From assembly GCA_964035545.1 (NCBI GenBank), contig OZ037770.1, positions 3,504,662 to 3,568,661 of the forward strand: DNA of 64,000 nt. Reading direction: 5' to 3'. Below, in pieces: positions 1 to 13,200 of this stretch. The stretch is from Bugula neritina (Eukaryota > Animalia > Bryozoa). The number at the start of each line of letters is the position of its first letter. Position 1 is the first letter of the stretch. The position numbers were made by a program, and so were the translations under genes. The notes beneath the pieces are model-generated. The model was not told the DNA's origin. It made no database searches and saw nothing but the letters and a program-made list of their open reading frames with translations.

Positions 1-47
<47 letters not shown>
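1..47. repeat. (TA)n microsatellite
   Basis: Perfect TA run from the window start. Confidence 0.95.
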
Positions 48-50
<3 letters not shown>

Positions 51-224
51 GTAGTGTGTTCAGATTGTTAATGATACATATATATTTTTTTATTTAAAAA
101 ATCTCACATGACTATATAGTTTCGTACAGTAAACTGCACTCGTCAGGTGTTAGACTAAAAATAAATAAAATCTATGAAGCATACCTATTATTTAAATTTT
201 TACATAAAGAAAACTATCATAGTC

Positions 225-1323
225 TCAGCGGCGGTCTCCAGATCGGCCCCGCTCTAGGCGGCTAACACGTCTCTTGAGTTGCCCCAGCTCCTCCTCATAC
301 TTGCGAAGCTGCCGGCGTAGATGGTGTACCTCCTCTGCCAACTGGGCCGACGTCTGGTGTCTAGGGCGGACGGTGGTACCATGGGCAGGACGCCGCTGGC
401 GGTGCGTCTGCTTCTCGCCCGCTGCCGAGGGCCGGGGATCCAGGTCCGATGAATCGGCCCTGGCGCCTGGTCCGACCCGTGCCAGCATGACCCGAAGTGG
501 CTGGGTGGCTGCCGGTTGGGGTGTCGCGGCGGGCTCCCCTTCTTCCTCCCGAACAGGCCTACACGCGGGAAATTCCCAGGGCGAGAGCAGCCCGTTTATG
601 GGGATCCGCCACGTGGGGCAGCACCAGGTCCCGAAATTCGGGAAAGGAGGCCTGGTCTACAGCAAACGTGTAGCCCGTGTGGCAGTGAGCTATGCGTTGA
701 TGTCTCAACACATAGTCTCTCTGGTAGGAGAATTCCCCACACGGGCAAAACACGTTGATGTAGTGCTGTGGTGCGTGTACGCGCAACCGCCGTGCAGAGG
801 AGAATTTCCTCTTACACTCATGGCAGATGCGGTTGCCCGGCTCACCGCAAGCTTCACCAATCTTAAGATTGGTGGGTCCAGTCACTCAATACTGGCGGGC
901 GACCAGGGCCCGAGGCAGGGCCAGTATTGGGGAGTTATCTTCTTCTGCTGGCAGGTGATCGCCGTGTAGGATGCCCTGCTCCTCCCCGGCCGTGAGCTGA
1001 AGCTCGACCGGTTTGGGGTCAGGGCCACTAACGATGGCGGAATACACCTCTGTGGAGGAGGTGGCGGCCTGCTGGCTGTTAGAAGCCGAAGCAAGGGCCG
1101 GTGGGAAAGGGGAGTCGGACTGACTGGCCTTCTCAATGTCCATACGCTCCTCTAGAACAGATAGTAGAGGCTGTGATAAGCCGGTCTCACTATCGCCGAA
1201 ATTCGGCACAGGTGTGTATGGAGTTAAATTAAAAACCGAGGGCCGAGGTGTATCGCAGAAATTGACTGAGCCTACGTCATGATTTAACAAAGTATCAATG
1301 GCAGAGTCATCTCCAAGATCCAT
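225..1323 (-). mobile_element. Degenerate Gypsy-derived extra ORF (C2H2 zinc-finger pair + coiled coil), solo fragment
   Basis: GC-rich island. ORFs 886-1323 and 559-885 share a frame across one TGA; 225-488 follows after a frameshift. Motif CHECKRKFSSARRLRVHAPQHYINVFCPCGEFSYQRDYVLRHQ is homologous to the ORF at 11193-11903 inside an LTR element. No LTRs seen. Confidence 0.75.
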
Positions 1324-1802
1324 CTCGGTTCAAAGAAATCAGAACCAAGTAAGTCTAATAAAGACCAGTCTACTTTCTTCTACACTATGAGTTATTCATG
1401 CTGCATATAAATAGTGTAGTGCATAATACCCAACACTTATTCAATGCCAACAAGAAAATAAACTCCACTTCAATGTAAATTATAAATTAAAATAAAATTT
1501 ATTTCATCAGTTACCTAATTTCTGCTTAGCTGCTAAATTCTTTTGAAATTTAGATTGTTTTCAAAACAGCAATGTATATAGTTTTAGCTTGGTGAAGTTT
1601 AATTTAAAATTAGCTGTCAGTTGGTTGGTATTACTCTGGGCATGCTATTATTGACACTGCCGATTCATGTTCATTCTAGATCAAATATGAATTATCTTAA
1701 AACTCATGCTATATGTCTTCGTGGACTGAGGCTATATTTAATACATAAATTTATCATCATCCATCATATTTGTTGCCAATAAGTTTGCTAACTATTATTT
1801 AG

Positions 1803-2320
1803 GTAAACAAGACTATCTCAAGTCAAAGTCCAGTCTGAAGAAAGCCAAACAAATTGAAGAGTTGAAGAGATCAAGCACGCATTACCAGGTCTGTGTTATA
1901 TTTGATTAGACATCAAGTTATTGAGTTACAGCCTCTGGCCCAAGTTTAGCCTAATCATTATCAACTCGTGTGGGTTTATAGTCGCCATCCTTGTGAGAAA
2001 CTCCTTTCTGAAGGCTAAAAACTTATTATTCATTTGTGGCGAATGACTAAGTTTGCTAAGGGGTTTTACTGGGATGTGAACCACAAAGCCAAGCCATCAC
2101 TCTAACCCCTAGACCACTGTTACCCTCCTCTCCCCCCCCCAATATAGTGCTCGTGAAATCTCATTGGCACTCTTGGTTGTGCCTAATTTGTTTAATTGTT
2201 TTCTTTGTCACCTGACACTGTTTGTGCGTATTGTTGTAGGATATGATGATGGTAATAGGGACAGTGGCTATGGTGGTTGCAGGAATTTACGCTCTGTTTT
2301 ACTCCATCAGCAAGACATAG
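1803..2320 (+). CDS. TRIQK: TRIQK-like small membrane protein, last two coding exons (1803-1888, 2240-2320); first exon not found, probably upstream of the window
   Basis: AG/GT-bounded exons join in frame as (G)KQDYLKSKSSLKKAKQIEELKRSSTHYQ|DMMMVIGTVAMVVAGIYALFYSISKT*. This matches the TRIQK pattern as recalled: GKQDY, a basic stretch, then a single C-terminal TM helix ending YAxFY. Confidence 0.7.
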
Positions 2321-3506
2321 TGTAGATCAACACATTGTTGTAACTTTCTCATTAGAGCTCAATGTGGATCTCAATTTGCCTAATTGTAGTAATCAGTAGA
2401 AGTCATTGTGTAGTATTGGCTGACCTCATATTATGTATTCTACGTCATACCATTAAGTAGAGCTTCGGGTCAAAGGTTATGTTACTTTTAATTTGACAAT
2501 CATTTTATTGTGAACTCCATTGCATGTAGAGTTCTCCTTGTATTCAGAAAGACATGCGAGTGACAAGATGTAAATCTTGCAACTTTTTCTTGTCATTCTT
2601 TGTAATCAGTTTAAACTTACGTCAAGTCTACAATCGCAAAACATTTGAGTTGTGAAGCAGTTTAAACAATTTCAACACACAATACATATTATGGAGCCTT
2701 GCTACTTAAAACATTTAATATATCTTGTAAATTATTAGTTTTTTATTTTGATGGCTTGTGAGTTGTAGTAGTGCATTGTGCTCATTATCTTGTGGTCTCA
2801 GCATAGCATCACAATATTTGTTGTTTATCTTTGAAATTTCTTTTTTTTCCTCAATGATTCGTCCAAAATACAAACAACATTTCAGTGGTTGCTTTAAAAG
2901 GTTACAGACTGAATTTATAATTTTATAAAGATTTTATGCAAGATTACTTTTTGAAAGCTATTGATAGAACAAATAAATTAATTTATAGTAATTTGTCTTT
3001 CGGCTTTCATTTGCTGGCTTTTTGATATATCCAAGTGTTTTAAAAGTCCTGACATATATTATAGCAGCTCTTAGAATTGCCCGCAGCACTCACTGCAGTG
3101 GTTAGCTGTATTGCTCATGATGTAGATCTGTATTATAAAGGTTAAATTGACTATGATTTGGAAGAAAAGATGCAATATTAAATCTTGTTTGATAAAGGCT
3201 ACTAGTTAAAGTGCAACAATTTGAACTTGGATATATATTAATAGTTGCATAGTACATAATATTATATAAGTATAATATATTGTAATATATGCGTAATATG
3301 TAATTATATGCTGTAATACATATTATATTTGTATTGGCTATATAAGTGTGCATATATGTATTTAAAAGGCATCTGACAAAAATTACACAAAATACTACAT
3401 GCAAAAAGAAACTCTGTAATTACTATAAGCTATACAGAAATGTTACATCAAATTAAACAAAATATAATATACTAAATAATCTGGCTAATCTGTATTATTG
3501 AGTTTA

Positions 3507-3630
3507 CCCAGCTGTGGTGTGATGGTTTAGCTCGCCTGCTTGCAAGCCGGAGGTCTGTGGTTCGAATCCCGGTGTAGGGACAAATTTTTAACATATCCGA
3601 AGTTGCTGACTCCACCAGCTCTTCTGAAAG
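3507..3630 (+). mobile_element. tRNA-derived SINE-like element
   Basis: Box A TGGTGTGATGG and box B GGTTCGAATCC at tRNA spacing. The acceptor stem does not pair, so it is not called a tRNA. The 3' end is approximate. Confidence 0.6.
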
Positions 3631-4151
3631 TATATATTCATGCATTGAGGTCTCTGGTAAGTTGTGTATAGAGAGCTAATGTGTATTATCTTAATATATC
3701 ATTATGTATATATTATTAATCTTCAACTATACATAAGGCTCTAAAATGAAAAGCCATACAAATATGAAATTCTGACAATCATAATATTCTTACACAAATC
3801 CATGCTTCTTATAGATGTTAATATACTATATATTATATACTATGATATATATGCACGTTACCTAGTTGGGGTTTTATGTCACCTACCATTGTAAATTATT
3901 TTGATATTGAGTGCATTTTCTACTTAAATAAAGATAGGAAATTGATATGCCTAAACGGATAAATTGATATTATAGAAAAACAAAACTATTACTTGAATTT
4001 TTATGCTGAAAGCTACCTTTTCTTTAACTTTTTTGTTTTAATATATACATCTCATAGCTTTGGATGAAGATGAGATGAGTGGTGGGTGAAAGCATGGAAG
4101 ACTTTATGAATACTCTTTATGGTCAATATAATAATATAAACTCCAACATAC

Positions 4152-4454
4152 CAGACTGCCTACAGCAACTGATGCAAGAAACCTGCCTACCTAATAGGCT
4201 GAGAATACAACTCCTATGTAAGTCTGTGTTAAACCTCTCTTCAGGGCTATTTCTGGGAACAGAGGATAAAGGAAAGACTCTACGCACACTGCCCCACCCT
4301 GTAGTAACAGAACTACAGTTAATAGTCCTAAGTCTTTCCATCTCCAACCAACTCCTGAGTATTTCTGACTTTTTAAATATTCATTTGATTTGTTTATAGT
4401 CTTCTCTGAATTTTCAACCAAGAGAGACAACTCCTGCTTGATACTTACAGTCAT
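4152..4454 (-). pseudogene. MFS transporter (SLC18B1-like) N-terminal exon with an in-frame stop
   Basis: LLTVVLLLQGGAVCVESFLYPLFPEIALKRGLTQTYIGVVFSAY*VGRFLASVAVGSL then a GTATGT donor. This resembles MFS TM1-TM2. TAG at 4191-4193; no further exons recognised. Confidence 0.5.
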
Positions 4455-5956
4455 TTGAGCCGACTTGCCATCTGTTACCAAAGTTACATTTTTACAATTG
4501 AAACAATGACTCTATTTCATGTGCAAAGTGTTACAACTATATTTGATAATTATGGTAGCAGTTATAGCAAATGAGTTGATGCACGCTACAGCAAGCTACT
4601 ATATTATTTATGGGGCAGTGAAGTCAAGAATGGACTGAGCTACAGTAAGCAAGTTATTAAGAGTTTTGTGGAAACTACAAAATACCTTATTGTGTCAAGG
4701 AGGTAATCCTGGCTGTTTGCCAATTTTTTACTGAAAGTATATGTTGGCTTTAACTTAGCTTTTTGTAGTTTGTTTTTTGGCTGGTGCATGAAACTCTTTA
4801 GTTTGTATGATGATTGTTAGTAGTTCACTTGCCAGGAACAGGTTCAAAGGAGCTGATGTTTGTAAGTGTTGTTATAATTTTGAAGTTTTTGTTTTTTGTT
4901 GATATTATTTAAAGGTTACTCATTTATATGTTTTTGTATAGCAGGTAACTATTTTTAATATAGAGTACAAGACAAAGAGTGAACAATAAACTCAAAGATT
5001 AGGATTATTATACTATGCTTATTGCTATCCAACTCAATAAGCCATTCCTGGCACAATTCTTATATTATATAATATTATATAATATTATATAATATTATAT
5101 TATATTATATTATATTATATTATATGTTTACTGTTTACCTTTTAATATATTATATGTAATATATGTAGCCTAATTCTTGGAAAGCTACAAAAATGTAAAA
5201 TTTCTGAAAGACAAAAACACCATAAGCTAACTGCATGTTTAATCTCAGATACGCCATAAGACATTTATTAACTATTTTATGTGACATGTTCCATGTTTTA
5301 TTATTATTGAAAACTAAACTAGATATATTTGAACATCAATAAGTTAGGTATCATCATGGTATTATAGAAAGTGTCTAATGAAATATATATTATAATATAA
5401 ATTTAACAAATGGGCAACCAAATTATAAACACCGTGTTTGAGACAATTCCTATAACTCAAGGGAAGAAATCAGTTGAAGTTTGAAATTTGTAAGTGTAAT
5501 TATTGTGTTTACTTTTATCTCAGGTTTCTGTAAAATTATATAAGCATTATTTCAGCAAATTTCATTTCATTAGCTTGGCTTTGCAATGCACTGCAGGTGC
5601 TATAGGCAACATCTCTAGTACAGTGTTTTCACTACCCATCGGTACACTGTATGCATGGCACCTATTATATATAGCCTGTCACACCTCAAGTTGCAACTCA
5701 TGTTATATAACTATATACAAAGCTGTTATAACAATAATCATCTCTATGGTGATAAAAATGTAATTATATTCTAAAGGAGTTAATTAGTTGGTAAACATTT
5801 TACCTTATTCATAAATTTATCATAGAAGTGTTAGACTATTATTAAGTTAGCTCCCTAAGAAGGTTATAGCATGATACCGTTAGTTGCCTACATTACATGC
5901 ATGCATGCTATAATAGATATGCATAGTTTCATTAAAGTTTTTATTTTAGCATTATT

Positions 5957-6668
5957 TATATGATTATTTGAAGTATTTCTATAATTATTTGAAGTATATC
6001 TATGATTATTTGAAGTATTTCTGTGATTATTTGAAGTATTTCTATGATTATTTGAAGTATTTTTATGATTATTTGAAGTATTTCTATGATTATTTGAAGT
6101 ATTTCTATGATTATTTTGAGGTATTTCTATGATTATTTGAAGTATTTCTATGATTATTTGAAGTATTTCTATGATTATTTGAAGTATTTCTATGATTATT
6201 TGAAGTATTTCTGTGATTATTTGAAGTATTTCTATGATTATTTGAAGTATTTCTGTGATTATTTGAAGTATTTCTATGATTATTTTGAGGTATTTCTATG
6301 ATTATTTGAAGTATTTCTGTGATTATTTGAAGTATTTCTATGATTATTTTGAGGTATTTCTATGATTATTTGAAGTATTTCTGTAATTATTTGAAGTATT
6401 TCTATGATTATTTTGAGGTATTTCTATGATTATTTGAAGTATTTCTATGATTATTTGAAGTATTTCTGTGATTATTTGAAGTATTTCTATGATTATTTTG
6501 AGGTATTTCTATGATTATTTGAAGTATTTCTATGATTATTTGAAGTATTTCTATGATTATTTGAAGTATTTCTATGATTATTTGAAAAATTTCTATAATT
6601 ATTTGAAGTATTTCTATGATTATTTGAAGTATTTCTATGATTATTTGAAGTATTTCTATGATTTTTTA
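5957..6668. repeat. 21-bp minisatellite (CTATGATTATTTGAAGTATTT), about 33 copies with 22-bp variants
   Basis: Directly visible tandem array; it produces the spurious YFYDYLK ORFs. Confidence 0.95.
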
Positions 6669-6977
6669 AGGCATTGAAACAGATAAAAAAGCTGTGGCAT
6701 TTTACAGATGTATAGCGACCATTAACACTGAATAGATGCCGTAAAAATCAATTTATATGAAAGTCTAATTGCAGTCTTTATGTGCATGATAGCAAAATTA
6801 GCTGTACATAAGCTGTGCCATACTAAATACAGAAAAGCATAGAATATAGTTAATGTAGCTATGAAACTCTAATTAAAGTTATAATGATGCGTGCTTGTTG
6901 TTTACATATTAAAAAATTGTATCAAAAGCTTTTATTACTCATAAAATGTTCCAACAGTAACCAAGGTTGCTGACATA

Positions 6978-6984
<7 letters not shown>

Positions 6985-7034
<50 letters not shown>
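6985..7034. repeat. (TA)n microsatellite
   Basis: Perfect TA run. Confidence 0.95.
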
Positions 7035-7057
<23 letters not shown>

Positions 7058-7194
7058 CACTACAATTGAGTTGTATTCAATGATATGCTATTAGTTTTGG
7101 GCAAAGACCCATATCCATTAGCAGCTAAATTGGGAAAATATCTAAAAACTGGAGATTTTGAGTGTGTAATAAATTATGCAAAATGATCCTTTTC

Positions 7195-8933
7195 TGTTTG
7201 CACCTTCTACTGCTTCTTCCGCAGAATCTCATAAGCCGTTGAAACCCTCTCAATCAGCTTTCTCACGTATTTATGTATCGAGGCCTTGGGTACTGAAACA
7301 TGGTCTGTCAGGTGCTCTGTGACTCGGGTCTTTCGGCCAAGCATCATGAGGTTTGATGTCTGCTGGATACTGAAGCGTATTGAGCTGTGGTATTTTTGCA
7401 TGATTTGTGGCAGAACCAAGTCCCATTCCTTCTGACTTCTGCCCAAGAGTTCCTCTGGCCGTCTCCATGCATACATGCTGTTTTTCCGCTTTACAATTTT
7501 GTTTCCTTTTGGGTCATATGCGGTTCTCCAACTCTAATTCACCCCCTATAATATTTGGTAAAAGTCACTCATCAGCTGACACTGGAACTGAGTATCTTGA
7601 TACATATAGACTTTATCTGGTAGCCTGAAAGAACAGAAAGCACCTTGGTTTGGCGCCCAGGCTAATGTGATGGCCAGAGTATTGACCCACTTGGTGAAGT
7701 GGTCTGTGAGCACCAGAATCCAGGTGTGTTCTTCTGTCACATAACAGTATTATAGGCCCGACTACTCCCACTACCCCTATTTGCCATGGTTGGCCAGCAT
7801 GCAGGTGGGGCTGCCCATTGGCTTTTGTTGTTGGTTATGTTTACTAGCCTGACAAACTTTGCACTGAGATATACACAGTTGCATGCCTAGAGTTGATTCA
7901 GCCAGTACCAGCGCAGCTGTAGACATAATTATGCTTACTCAACTTGCGCCATCATGAGCCTGCTTACGGGTGTCCCAGATTAATTCTTATTGCAGGCCAT
8001 CCACTCCCTCTCCTAGTGTCAGCTGCCAGTAAAATGGTTAACAACTCATTCAGGTTCAACCTAAAGGAATAACAACGACATCAGTTGGAACTAAACGCCT
8101 CCTAATTGTTGCTGCCCTTTACTGGGTTATATTTCCTTTTTCTTGGCCTGCAATATGTCTTCTACCACATCACAGAGTGTCTTCTAAAGTCTGTTCAGCT
8201 CTTTGACGTTTCGGTACCGAGTTGGGTTAGCACGGAAGGCGTTGACAGCATATGAGTGGGTTTCACACTGCAGGTGGCCCTGCTCCCAGTTGTAGGCGCT
8301 AACCTTCTCCAACTGCTCTTTAATGTCAAATCAAGCGAGTCCCCTATTTTGTCTCTCTATGTGCAAGCACTGCTTAAAGTCCCCCTTTGGATGGTGGCTC
8401 AGGTCATCAAAAAAATTTTATGCTCCTTGCCCGCACAATTCTCTATTTGGTAGGAGAACTCAGCAAGGATCACCAACCAACGACTAAGCTGGCTTGATGG
8501 TTCAGCACGCTCATATCAGTGATGCATGGTCAGTTCGCAACCTACACGTTTGCCCATACAGATTTGACCGGAAGTGCTTCACCACCTTGAGTACTGCTAT
8601 GCGTTCCTACCTTGTGGTGCAATAGTTCTTCTTGTCAGCCAAATGAGTCTAGCTGTAGTAAGCCGCTACCACCTTTCTCCTACCCTGAACTAGGGACTAT
8701 ACAGTCCCAACTTGTGTTTAGCTGCGTCTGTATTCAACATATGCTCTTTGGCCGAGAATGGGTAAGCGAGGATGGGTACCTCTACCAGCCAGTCTTTGAT
8801 GTGGTCTAATGCCTGCTGCTCTTTCTGTGTTTTGTGATACTCTTCCAAACCCCAGACTGCACTGCTTATAGTACCTTTCCAGGTCCCGGAATGCCTACAA
8901 CTCATGTAGGTCTTGAGGAACACTTCACTCCTC
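7195..8933 (-). mobile_element. Degenerate Ty3/Gypsy pol fragment (RNase H + integrase)
   Basis: Broken ORFs with PILAYPFSAKEHMLNTDA (RNase H), WILVLTDHFTKW (integrase core) and NLMMLGRKTRVTEHL...AYEILRKKQ (integrase C-terminus, homologous to 12857-13000). No LTRs found; boundaries approximate. Confidence 0.8.
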
Positions 8934-10252
8934 CACAGTACGTACCATCTTTTGATTCATAGCAACTCTATCTCAGCCGACCACATGTTCCATATATTTG
9001 ACCTTTTGCCATAGAAGTGAACACTTAAAGGACGTCATACTCTAGAAGTCAGATGCTGTCTGATTTTTAACATTTAGCATCCTATTTCGAACAAATTCGT
9101 CTTCCGGAAATGAGATTTGAGCATCTGATCCGCCAAATCAGATGCCCGATTCAAAACCGGACAAATTCAAATTTTGGTTATAAGAATGATGACTATACAA
9201 TATTAAAAGGTTCTTGAAAATGTTAAAAAAAGTTATTCCAAAGGCTATTATAAGGATTCAAGCACAAGTAGACATGAAAAGGGAGATAATTCCCAAAATA
9301 TATTATATATAATATATACACTTCTGTCTCAATTTTTTCCGCTGAAAGAATGCTATGTCCGAGCTTGCAAAGCTAATCTGCGAAGAGATTACATTACAAA
9401 GTACACCTGTATAATCCAATCCAATTAATCTTTCTAGCTCAGTGCAAAGTTTTGCCTTTGACTTCATGAAGGAAGTTCCACTTCATACTAACCAATCGAG
9501 CTGAAAGATAGACATTCATGAAATGTATTAGCAAAACCAGAGTTATAATTTTCTAAAAGAGGCATAAATTTCAATCAATGAAAAGACAACTACCATAGAT
9601 CTGTAAGAGTTGCTATGCAACCAACAATAATATTATTTGTATATAATAAGGAAATAAATCATGCAGACATGAATGGAAAACACTCAATTAGTTAACATAA
9701 TTACTGCAAGCATACAAAGCCTAATGCAGTTGAGACGAAATATTGCTGGTGTAGCAAGGTGAATGAGGTGTTGGTACTTAAATAAATGCATGTATTACTC
9801 ACTTGTTAGCACAACGTCTTCATGTGAGTTTAATTGTGAAAAAAATCAATGAACTTTGCTAGATAGGGTAACTAGCAGCTGGCACATCTATGTAGTGACT
9901 ATACTGAGCAGGTGCTTTTATTTCATAGCCGTGACACATTTTTTAAGAATTTTTAAGATGCTATACACTTAAGAGCCTTCAAGACGTCGGGTTATGTAAT
10001 ATGTTATTAGTATTCCCCTTACATGTTGCCTATATAGCCACCGTACAAGTTTTCTTTTGATCTTGAAATGTAATCAGTTTTGATTTCAACACGTAATTTG
10101 TTTTATACAAAATAAATGTAGATGGACAAAATACAGTAAAAAAAGAAAAATTATTAAAATAAGACTATACAGTAAAGTGCAGCAAATCTACCAAACAAGA
10201 AAATAACTTTCCTTAGTAAGCATTGATATTTTAACAACTTACTGTTAAATAT

Positions 10253-13200
10253 TGTTATTATTTTGCGATTATAATAAGAGTGGGAGTTCGTGTATTATCT
10301 AGTTATCCACGTTGCATGTTGCAGTACTAGACAGAGAGTTGCGATAGAAGATATATTTAATAGACTAATAGAATACTAGTAACACTGGTCGAGAATATAC
10401 ATATAAAACATAGGACTTCTGATTACATACAGCATCACGCTCTGACTGAGCACACTAACCATACACAAACTAGAGTCTAGTTATAATGCCGGGAACAGAT
10501 CACGTGTCGTACGTGATTGGCTAGTGAGCGCATGGCCCTACTCTTCACTGCCCACTACACCGTCCCCTCCAGCAGGGAGCCCACTTCCTGCTAAAAAAAT
10601 ATAAAACAGGAGGGAAGCGTAGAATAAAATGATACACACACAAAAAGATGTAAATACCTATATACAAAAAAACAGAAGTAGAATCCAGTTACATACAAAA
10701 AACGTGCATAAAATAATACTGAGATATACTGAGTAATTGGTAAGTCTTATATATAGAATACGTTCCACGGTAACACCGGTGTGACGCCACGGAGAGGTAG
10801 AGATGGGGTAGAGGAGAGATAGTCCAGGTCCAAAAGGTTAAGATAAGGAAAGGAGGTCGGAGGGGTGTAGGGACCCATGTTAGTCTTGGGTCGCTCGCCT
10901 CAATTGACGAATGGATTCCTGTAATGACCGGAGTTCACTAAAGGCTGTTTTGATGCCGGGAGCTAACCGGTGTACTTCTTGCTCGAGCTCGTTGGCTCGG
11001 GTCTCGACCTCCCGCAGATTGCGGGAGGTCGAGACTGTTGGGGTCTATGTCTTTTCCGTTCAGCTGGAGGAAGTGGGGGAGGGAGTGTGTATGCCTGAGT
11101 GTCGACTCTCTGTAACACGACACGGGGAAGTGTCTGCGGTCGACGTATGGAGTCGGGGGGGGGTGGAGAGATAGAGGACCCAGGGGGTTTGACTACTGGT
11201 CCTGGGGTGATTGGTCTTGGTGGAGGGAAGCCTTGCTCCAGGGTCTAATGAGGTTCAGAAATGAGAGGTAAGAAAGTTCATCCACGTCGTAGATGTGCCC
11301 CTGGAAACAGTGCATTGTCCGTTGGTGTCGTAACACGTAATCCCTATTATAGCTATACTTTCTGCAGGGGCAGAATGTTGTTATGAAGTGCTGCGGCAGA
11401 TGGATTCTCAGCCACCAATGTGTCGTGAAATGTTGTTGGCATAAGCGGCATCCCCGGTTGCTGTCGTCACCCCGGTACTTCTTTATCTCTGTCTCCGTGG
11501 CGGGAGTAGTCCAGCTTGGTCTGGTTTCCAGCTGGTGTGGTAGGTGTTTAGTAGTGGAAAGTTGTGAGGTAGGTTCCGGATCCCATGCCATCTCTATTGA
11601 GGGCATCCCCGGAGAGCCGGGAGCGAGTGTGTCTTCTACAAAAGTAGAATTATTGTCAGATCGTGGTGGATCTTTATAGCATAATTCTGGTGACGGTCGA
11701 CTGTTACTAGTATGAAAGTCACAACTTTTATAAGGCACTCGAGAGACCAGTTGACCACGTGTAGACTGACCAAGAAGGACAGTGTTTAGCTCCAGATCTA
11801 ACAGACCGTCGGGCATTACTGTGTCCTCGTCGTCATTCACGTGAAATGTGGTCTCCACTAATTCTGATTCAATCCGACTGATTAGTTCAGAATTTACTAG
11901 CATCGAGCCTGTTTCTGTGGATAGGAATACAAGACTTATACTGGCTTACCTGTGAACTTGGTATTAGCTTCCATACTCAACGTTCAATGGTAATAGTTTG
12001 AGGTAGTTGCAAGGTACGTCTGCCCTTGGCGATGTCAGCGTAGGAAAAGGCTGGGCAGTGTTTCTGTGGCACGAGGTTGGAACTATTTGCTTCACGCGCA
12101 TTAATTCCTCCCACTATTCCGCCCTTGCAAAAGTTGATATTTGCGTAGGGCTTACAACTCCTACATTTTCCTGCTAGTTTTCTTATACGGTTTTCCCCTA
12201 GACTTTCATACGCGCCGCTTTTAATGCAGTCACATACAAAGTCTTTTAAATATGATGGGGGTTGCCTCGTACGTTGTCCCCGCTCCAGGGAAGGTGGCGC
12301 ACTCACTGGTGGACGGACTAGCAGGGGCCTCTGGCTGTGCCCCTACTTCACCGGTAGTGGTTACTTCTTCCTGTTCTCCGGATGGAGCCCCGCCCTCCGT
12401 GTGGGTTTGCACTTCCGGAGCCGGCTCGGTTTCTGGAAGTGACGGAACCAGACTTGGCGTAGGAGGTGGCGGACGCACTTCTGTAGGCAAAAGCGGTCGC
12501 TCGTCTCGTACCAAGTCTTCTTTCTGTGGAATGACCACTTCATATTCAGGTCCATGCCGCCGTCGCCCGCGCATTGTCGTCTGCCTCCTGGGCTCCAACA
12601 ACGGGGGGCTTCTCCCACTGCATCTGGGCTGGCCCAATACGGCTTCAAGCAAGCCTCATTCTGGATAGACACCTGTCCTGAGCGCTCGATCTTGTAGGTG
12701 TGGTTGGGCATAGCCTCGACTATCACGTAGGGTCCCACGAACTTAGGCTGTAACTTAGCCAGCCGCCTGTGCGCGACGCCTACGGTAATTGACCATCCAC
12801 ACCCAATCTCCTGTCTGATAGAGGGGTGGCTCCTCGGAATCCTCGCACCGCACCTGTCACTGCTTTTCTCGCAGTATTTCGTGTGCAACCCTCATCCGTT
12901 CCACTAGTTCGCTGGCATACTCGCTGACCGAGTTGTCTTGCTCTGGAACGTGGTAGGTAAGATGGTCAGGGACACGAGTCCCTCTCCCGAGCATCAGTAG
13001 GTTTCCGGCGGCGTGGTTGGCGCTGGTGGGGCTCGGAGCTCCCCACTGGACCTTCCGGCTCCTCTTCTTGAGGTAACCAGTGGAACCGGTTAGCGAGTGG
13101 CAGGGAAAAGGTACTCGGCCGCCGTGAGGGTCGGCTAGTCCTACGTGGTACCTGCCACTCGGGGGGGGGGGGGGCATACCGTCGTGTTTGTACAGACAGG

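Noticed and set aside
274-969. 231-aa plus-strand ORF
   Set aside because: Antisense shadow of the GC-rich zinc-finger ORF; no recognisable motifs.
2070-2120. Minus-strand tRNA-like box A/box B remnant
   Set aside because: Too short and degenerate to annotate with support.
3507-3580. Functional tRNA gene
   Set aside because: A and B boxes are present but the acceptor stem does not pair; more consistent with a SINE head.
6107-6677. ORFs encoding YFYDYLK repeats
   Set aside because: Translation of a 21-bp minisatellite.
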